A DNA stretch of 41,059 nt from an uncultured Candidatus Bathyarchaeia archaeon (GTDB lineage: Archaea; Thermoproteota; Bathyarchaeia; 40CM-2-53-6): NCBI GenBank assembly GCA_964353625.1, contig CAYGWT010000078.1:1-41059 (forward strand). The letters run 5' to 3'. Under the pieces are notes generated by a model that was not told where the DNA came from, made no database searches, and saw nothing but the letters and a program-made list of their open reading frames with translations. Of this stretch, positions 35,873-41,059 are shown piece by piece. How positions within the stretch are numbered: the first letter of the stretch is position 1; each line of letters starts with the position of its first letter. The position numbers and the translations under genes were made by a program.

Positions 35873-37027
35873 TCAGGATGGCCTGGCGTATCCTGATTTC
35901 CCAGAGTCTCTTGCGTAGACAGAGCGTCTTGGAAGTCTCATGCTATTGATGCTTGCCACAGTAGCCGCAAACAGCTCACCTAGGTTCTCACCCGTGAGAG
36001 CGCTGATGGCAACGATTTTTGTCCCAATAAATTCTCCCCGGATCGCCTCGAGGGCGTCCGCAAGTTTCTCAGGGTTAACCAGATCGACTTTGTTGGCGCA
36101 GACAACGACTTCCCCGTCTATGCCAATTTCTGGCAGGATCTTATTCATAGACGAGCAGCGCCGACCGATGATGTGAATCTCTTCGCTTGCGTCCACGAAC
36201 AACAATATCACGTCTGAATGCGCGATTTCGCCTAGTGTGGCAGTGAATGCCTTCACGATCGTGGGATGCATGTCTTCTATGAAGCCGATTGAGTCGATCA
36301 GTAGGAACTCCGAATCGCGTGAGGCTGCGACTCTGACTTTTCTTGTGAAGGTGGATAAAGTCGTGAATGGTCCGAGTCCTACTGTCTTAGTTTCAGTGGC
36401 TAGGCGATTGAACAGTGTCGTCTTTCCGGCCTGCGTGTATCCTGCTAGTGCCACTATCGGGAATCCAAGCTCACGGCGTCTTCGCCTAGTGATCTCCTTC
36501 TTGCGATCCAGGTCCCGAAGTTGTGCCTCCAAACGACTTATTCTGCTACGTGCGGCACGGGTGTATTCTTGAAATGGGTAGTCGCCTGGACCCATCCAGC
36601 CAACCTGCTCACCCATTATCCCTCTTAGCTTGATGAACTCACGACCCCAAGACAGGGTGTACTTCAACTTGGCGAGCCTGATCTGGAGTTTTGCTTCCTT
36701 AGTCATCGCGCGTTTGTCGAAAACCTCTAAGATCAGCAGGTTTCTATCGATGACCCGAACGTCCCCGCCTAGGCGCTGTTGAAGCTTGAAGACTTGACTG
36801 CTTGGGAGCGTATTCGCGAATATCACGGTTTCAACTTCGTTCAAATCAACGATTTCTTTGAGTTCCTCGACCTTGCCTGGACCTATGAAGTATGAGTGGT
36901 GGTCGCTGTTTCGCTTCTGAACAACAACATCGACGACGTCATATCCTATGTTTTCTGCCATCGCTCTCGCTTCTTCAGCTCGTGGCGGCAGCGATGGCAA
37001 CTTACATTCCACCACCACAGCACGCAT
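35873..37027 (-). CDS. hflX: GTPase HflX
   Basis: HflX N-terminal domain (IFANTLPSSQVFKLQQRLG, LQIRLAKLKY). G1 motif GYTQAGKTTLFN, G3 motif DSIGFI and NKVD. Confidence 0.88.
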   Translation of the reverse strand: MRAVVVECKLPSLPPRAEEARAMAENIGYDVVDVVVQKRNSDHHSYFIGPGKVEELKEIVDLNEVETVIFANTLPSSQVFKLQQRLGGDVRVIDRNLLILEVFDKRAMTKEAKLQIRLAKLKYTLSWGREFIKLRGIMGEQVGWMGPGDYPFQEYTRAARSRISRLEAQLRDLDRKKEITRRRRRELGFPIVALAGYTQAGKTTLFNRLATETKTVGLGPFTTLSTFTRKVRVAASRDSEFLLIDSIGFIEDMHPTIVKAFTATLGEIAHSDVILLFVDASEEIHIIGRRCSSMNKILPEIGIDGEVVVCANKVDLVNPEKLADALEAIRGEFIGTKIVAISALTGENLGELFAATVASINSMRLPRRSVYARDSGKSGYARPS

Positions 37028-37184
37028 GAATGGTCTCGCCTCGAGTTTTTCCTTAACATTTCACTCTTGATCAATGTGCTATTTAGGCTGGCATGAGGAA
37101 TCGATTCGTGATCTATCAGGATGAGACAAGAATAGATGTCAAGCCTCAGTCCGGATCTGTCGCACTGGGGGGACGAGAGACGGC

Positions 37185-39449
37185 CTACGAAAGCGAGTAT
37201 ATTGCCCTCTTCTCTATCGTGCGCTTCTTGCCCTCAGGCCACAACGCGACAGGTATGTAGGTAGATGATGACCGTCCATATTGTCCAACATTATCAGATG
37301 CGCACGAACTGCAACTTGTAACCAATCCTGCGATAACTCGATTACAATTCCTGCAAAACGAGTAAGCTCTGGAATAAGTCATGAACCGGATGCCGCTGGC
37401 AGCTGCTTCGTGCGAAACCGATAAGAGTGCTTCCGTGGTTGCCTTCGAGTCCACAGAAATCACGGCCAAATGGCCTCCCGGAGTCAGAGTCTGAAGCATC
37501 CCTTCGATAGCTAGCCTTTCACTGAGAGGAACCTTTGATGTCAAAGGAACACCTGGCATATCTGTGTAGAACGGGGAGTTCCTGCCACCTTGGGCAGACA
37601 CCGTGCTCTTGCCGTAATGTTCAACATCGAGTTCGGCCAGTCTTGAGGCTGCTTCATCTCCGGGTCTTTCCGACAGTACCACGCGCATCCCTAGGTTCTC
37701 TGATGCGGCCTCGGTTTGCTTTCGCAACTCTTGGAGGATCTTCTCTCCGAAAACTAGTGAGTCTTTCTTCAACTCGCTACCGGTATGGGCAAGGCAAGCC
37801 TCGTTCAGTCCCAAGATCGCCACTGCATAGGTAGCTACTTTCTCACGGAAGTACGGGGTGCCTTGACCTGATCCGAAGAGCAGCGGGAGTGCAGTTTGTT
37901 TTAGTCTATCAACCATGAACTTCCGCTTGATCTTGAAGGCCTCTAATGCCAAAGTAAGTGAATCTGTCATTGATTTGAAGAATCTATCATCGTCTCTTCG
38001 TGCTTCATAAGCAAGTCTAGGCAAGTTGAGAAAGACCGTTGTCATACAACCTGTCCTATAGCAGTCGGACTCCCATTGCTTGCCCCAATCGTCCGAAAGT
38101 CTCAGACCCGTGGCTGTGTAGCAGTCGGGTGAGCCGTCTCGAAGAAACGCAATGTACGGTAGCGCCCGAGATGCCGCTAGTTCGTGAGTTTTGAGAACGC
38201 GAGATCGAGTTTCATCTTTTCTCTCGGCCGAGTCCCGAATCTTGAAGATCAACCTGGGGCTCGCCAACAGGTTGGTCGATGTTACTCGTGAAGTCGCATC
38301 AAGTAGATCATCAAGAACCACCCTCGTCTCCTCGTGGTAGTCACCGTAAACTCCCATCGTTCTACCTCCTGGCCCGATGGCCTCAACACTCTCTAGGAAC
38401 TCAGGCACTCCATATTCGAGCCCAAGAGAAAGTCCGGGCTGAGGGGACCCCAGTGGCAGGTCGCGTTCTATGGATGAAAGAAAGAGCGCAAGCGATTCCC
38501 TGACCGAGTCCTCAGAGGTATTCTTAACGTAGGGTGCTAGGAAGACATTGAATAGGTCAAAACTTTGTTCGCCTGATATCTCTGTAATTCCGAGACGGTA
38601 GACGCTCTGGATCAATGCCAAAGCTGCGTTGAGGCTTTGTGGTGGTTTCAATCCAACGAGCCCGTTTTTCAGGAAATATCGGAGATCATGTTGGATTTCG
38701 CTCGGCTTTAGGGGCCAGCTCTCAAGGTCGGATATGTGGATTTGGCCTGAGATGTGCGCGTCTGCGATCTCACGTGGCAAGCACTCCAGCAGGACATACT
38801 CTCCCAAGACAGAAGCTCCTGCGGTCCTCTGAACGTAGTCAGTTGTCAACCCGAGTTCTCCGGTCGAATGGAGAAGCTGAGTGACATCGTATACCGGCAT
38901 TCCAACACGCGTCAGCTTATGCCTGTATTCTTCGAGTTTCTTTTCGATGAGAATCGCATTAACAAACTCGCGGATCAAGGCCGAAGTCAGGTACGAAGTT
39001 CTAAGCTTGATTAGCCGGTCTTCTGCTTCTGCCGCTATTTCGTCCGCAAGTTCCTGGGGAACGCCTGCTTCAACAACCAGTGACTTCGCTATCTTGCTTC
39101 TGTGGAAGTCCTCGATCGCTAGCCGCGAGGTTCTAACGAATAATTTGCCGCGTTTCACACTGACGTATTCTTCTAGGTCTCTCGCGAAATGTATTACCAT
39201 ATCTCCCAGTTCAGTTATCTCGTACTTCTTTGCGCGCTTATCCGAACTGATTAGTCCGGCTTCAGTCAGACTTCTTAGGTGGTATACGAATTTTCCAGCG
39301 TCACGGACAGGATCCAGCTTCAGAGCCGACATGATCTCGGTATATGGCAACGCGCCTTTCGTGGAGAGAAGTCGGAGTACTTGCATGCGAAGCGGAGCGG
39401 ATGCAGCGTCGAATATGGCCGCTCCAAGTTTCTCGAAGGAACGCAGCAT
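37185..39449 (-). CDS. Winged-helix / ATP-cone / class III (anaerobic) ribonucleotide reductase-like protein
   Basis: N-terminal ArsR-like wHTH (LRMQVLRLLSTKGALPYTEIMSAL...YHLRSLTEAGLI). ATP-cone-like segment (LFVRTSRLAIEDFHRSKIAKSL...). NrdD-type motifs AHISGQIHISDL, GEQSFDLFNVFLAPYV and TTVFLNLPRLA. C-terminal CxxC...CxxC ribbon. The expected RxxGY glycyl-radical motif reads RSSSTY. Confidence 0.7.
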   Translation of the reverse strand: MLRSFEKLGAAIFDAASAPLRMQVLRLLSTKGALPYTEIMSALKLDPVRDAGKFVYHLRSLTEAGLISSDKRAKKYEITELGDMVIHFARDLEEYVSVKRGKLFVRTSRLAIEDFHRSKIAKSLVVEAGVPQELADEIAAEAEDRLIKLRTSYLTSALIREFVNAILIEKKLEEYRHKLTRVGMPVYDVTQLLHSTGELGLTTDYVQRTAGASVLGEYVLLECLPREIADAHISGQIHISDLESWPLKPSEIQHDLRYFLKNGLVGLKPPQSLNAALALIQSVYRLGITEISGEQSFDLFNVFLAPYVKNTSEDSVRESLALFLSSIERDLPLGSPQPGLSLGLEYGVPEFLESVEAIGPGGRTMGVYGDYHEETRVVLDDLLDATSRVTSTNLLASPRLIFKIRDSAERKDETRSRVLKTHELAASRALPYIAFLRDGSPDCYTATGLRLSDDWGKQWESDCYRTGCMTTVFLNLPRLAYEARRDDDRFFKSMTDSLTLALEAFKIKRKFMVDRLKQTALPLLFGSGQGTPYFREKVATYAVAILGLNEACLAHTGSELKKDSLVFGEKILQELRKQTEAASENLGMRVVLSERPGDEAASRLAELDVEHYGKSTVSAQGGRNSPFYTDMPGVPLTSKVPLSERLAIEGMLQTLTPGGHLAVISVDSKATTEALLSVSHEAAASGIRFMTYSRAYSFCRNCNRVIAGLVTSCSSCASDNVGQYGRSSSTYIPVALWPEGKKRTIEKRAIYSLS

Positions 39450-39640
39450 ACTGCAGGCATTGTGCGGAGTACTCTAAAAAAGTGTACTGATACCTCTGGT
39501 CGCTAGATTGGATATTCAGAACCCTGGAGATCGGTCACGTGTAGTGGAATCAACTGCACAGCTCGAGCTATTCTGAGAACGCCAGATGTCGACGAACGCT
39601 TTTATCCCGTAGCTTTCCACGACTAGGCAAGCGTCGAAGA

Positions 39641-40558
39641 ATGAATGAAAGACTAGTTTCCACTGCTCGCCCTCAATCAGCTGAAGGAGTACAGTACCAC
39701 ATTTCAGCGAAGCGAGGACAGGTAGGTGACTATGTCTTTCTGCCTGGCGATCCGGATCGCGTGCCGAAGATAGCTAAGTTCTGGGACTCAGCTCACGAAG
39801 TATCTTCTCACAGAGAATACCGAATATGGTCTGGAATGGTCAGCGGAACGATGGTGTCGGCCTGTTCTACGGGCATTGGTTGTCCAGCCACGGCCATTGC
39901 AATCGAAGAGCTGGGCAGAATCGGCGCGAAGACATTCATTCGAGTTGGTTCCTGCGGATCACTGCTGCCGGACCTGGAATGTGGAGACCTAGGAATATTC
40001 ACTGCCGCCGTTCGTCTTGATGGTACCGGCGAGCAATATGTCACCGCTGCATATCCCGTCGCTGCAAGCCACGAAGTGGTCCTCGCACTTATCGAGGCTG
40101 CCGAGAAACTGGGCAAGAAGTACAGAGCAGGGTATACCGCGTCAACCGACAGCTTCTATGCGGGCCAAGGTCGGCCCGGCATTGAAGATTATCTGCCTAC
40201 AGATGCTGAGACGCTCATTGAGAGGCTTCGAAGACAGCGTGTGATCACAATGGCAAAGGAAGCTTCTGTGATCTTCACCTTGGCGGGCATCTATGGATTC
40301 CGCAGCGGCTGCGTACTCGCGGTGTACGTGAACAGAACCACGAACAAGTTTGAGGCCAAAGGGGAAGAGGCCGCATGCAAAGTTGCAGTGGAAGCGGTTC
40401 GAATCCTAATCAAATGGGACCTGGATCGTCAAAGAGCCGGGAAAAGATACCTGGTCACCAAGCCTCAGCTACTGATATGTGCCCCAGTTACATGGTGGGG
40501 CGGCGTTTTCTCTTGGACTCTCGATCAGGCCATGACATGGCTGACAGGAGCGCCGTAG
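39641..40558 (+). CDS. Nucleoside phosphorylase, uridine phosphorylase-like (PNP_UDP_1 family)
   Basis: FLPGDPDRVPKIA, SSHREYRIWSG, STGIGCPATAIAIEELGRIGAKTFIRVGSCGS. Confidence 0.78.
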   Translation: MNERLVSTARPQSAEGVQYHISAKRGQVGDYVFLPGDPDRVPKIAKFWDSAHEVSSHREYRIWSGMVSGTMVSACSTGIGCPATAIAIEELGRIGAKTFIRVGSCGSLLPDLECGDLGIFTAAVRLDGTGEQYVTAAYPVAASHEVVLALIEAAEKLGKKYRAGYTASTDSFYAGQGRPGIEDYLPTDAETLIERLRRQRVITMAKEASVIFTLAGIYGFRSGCVLAVYVNRTTNKFEAKGEEAACKVAVEAVRILIKWDLDRQRAGKRYLVTKPQLLICAPVTWWGGVFSWTLDQAMTWLTGAP

Positions 40559-40594
40559 GGCCTAGTCTCGGCAAGCGCCTCGACGAGCAAAGAG

Positions 40595-40601
40595 CTTAAA
40601 G
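40595..40601 (+). promoter_or_regulatory. TATA-like box upstream of tRNA-Glu
   Basis: CTTAAAG is centred about 30 nt upstream of the tRNA 5' end at 40628. Confidence 0.4.
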
Positions 40602-40627
40602 ACTCATCTGCTCGCTTTCGCCGTGGT

Positions 40628-40795
40628 GCTCCGGTGGTGTAGCCCGGTTAGCGCCGAGGCCGAGAGCATAGCGGCCTTATCCACTGGTGAGCCAGTGGAG
40701 GCCACTCGAGCCGTTGATCGCGGGAGATCGTTCGCAAGCGATCCGCGAATTCGAAAACGAGGCCTCTCTCGTCGCAAGTCCCGCCCGGAGCACCA
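40628..40795 (+). tRNA. tRNA-Glu(UUC) with four intervening sequences and an encoded CCA
   Basis: Acceptor GCTCCGG/CCGGAGC, A73 and CCA. Removing 40651-40664, 40679-40705, 40725-40749 and 40756-40778 gives D-arm GTGT-AGCCCGGTTAA-GCAT, anticodon arm GCGGC-CTTTCGA-GCCGT, variable loop TGATC and T-arm GCGGG-TTCGAAT-CCCGC. Confidence 0.8.
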
Positions 40796-40927
40796 ATACA
40801 AGAATCGGTAGCCGTCTTAGTCTCGAGCCTCAGTTCTTTGAGGCAACGGCTTCAACGTCGAGGGCCTCACGACACAAACCTTTTGGTCACTTGAATCCAT
40901 ATGGGAAAGAGACGAGTGGTCCGGCTC

Positions 40928-41059
40928 ATGCAACTTGGTGAACTGCATCTCGTAGAAGATATCAGAGTGAACGATAGTGATGCGCTTATCATTGTGGACT
41001 TGCAGAACGACTTCATGCCGTCTGGTGCTCTCTCGGTCAAGAATGGAGATGAAATCGTT
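40928..41059 (+). CDS. pncA: Nicotinamidase/pyrazinamidase (isochorismatase family), 5' fragment truncated by the window end
   Basis: My manual translation is MQLGELHLVEDIRVNDSDALIIVDLQNDFMPSGALSVKNGDEIV. ALIIVDLQNDF..GAL is the PncA N-terminal signature. Confidence 0.7.
   Translation, partial: MQLGELHLVEDIRVNDSDALIIVDLQNDFMPSGALSVKNGDEIV

Noticed and set aside
40628-40795. A split or permuted tRNA-Glu, suggested by the CGAGGCC 7-mer occurring twice (40655-40661 and 40758-40764) with a CTCTC stretch after the second copy
   Set aside because: Using GAGGC as the anticodon stem leaves no matching 3' strand and no T-arm 5' half in the right order. The co-linear four-intron model gives a complete cloverleaf with BHB-consistent junctions.
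40604-40811. Track ORFs 40604-40801 (-) and 40623-40811 (+)
   Set aside because: Both overlap the tRNA-Glu gene and are low-complexity, Arg-rich translations of structured RNA.
1-41059. CRISPR arrays, rRNA genes, and additional tRNAs (scanned for T-loop motifs GGTTCGAATCC / GGATTCGAACC and regularly spaced direct repeats)
   Set aside because: Only the two tRNA loci contain credible T-arm motifs; the GGATTCAAAC at about 17500 lies inside the PGI/PMI coding frame. No regularly spaced repeats were seen by eye. A computational repeat search would be needed to be certain.

Overview
This looks like an archaeal chromosomal core region, probably from a TACK/Thaumarchaeota-like lineage. That placement rests on an unsplit rpoB, a fused rpoA, a bifunctional PGI/PMI and multi-intron tRNAs. 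All homology calls come from motifs I recognised by eye; no searches were run.

Gene content, left to right:
- tRNA-Leu next to an IS remnant, then uL16, PEP synthase and thioredoxin.
- The conserved archaeal dph2 / methylase / csl4 / rpoL neighbourhood, followed by an RNase III-like ORF, DUF99, TFS and PCNA.
- A replication cluster (priL, priS, GINS-like) with a secreted subtilase inserted in it.
- An isolated rps12, then PGI/PMI, RidA, a membrane/zinc-ribbon protein, an SRPBCC protein and an HTH regulator.
- An orphan nuoB-C-D-I block, then sufS-sufU.
- The rpoH-rpoB-rpoA-rpl30e-nusA operon.
- An orphan 303-aa protein, an alpha/beta hydrolase and hflX.
- A wHTH / ATP-cone / class III RNR-like protein, a nucleoside phosphorylase, tRNA-Glu and a truncated pncA.

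Most notable observations:
1. Both tRNA genes are heavily interrupted. tRNA-Leu has three 31-nt introns and tRNA-Glu has four insertions, two of them in the T-loop. Each fits a bulge-helix-bulge motif that I folded by hand.
2. RNA polymerase subunits A' and A'' are encoded as one ORF.
3. The class III RNR homolog carries an N-terminal DNA-binding domain, has Ser at the position I align with the glycyl-radical Gly, and has no activase nearby.
4. The nuoBCDI module has no membrane-arm genes next to it.
5. A MITE-like inverted-repeat element sits upstream of nuoB.
6. An RNase III-like ORF has a conserved-looking N-terminus that lies upstream of any canonical start codon.
7. A 57-aa zinc-ribbon gene (eL40-like) falls below the ORF-track length cutoff.

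No CRISPR array or rRNA gene was seen. Many start codons are uncertain, with GTG/TTG alternatives.
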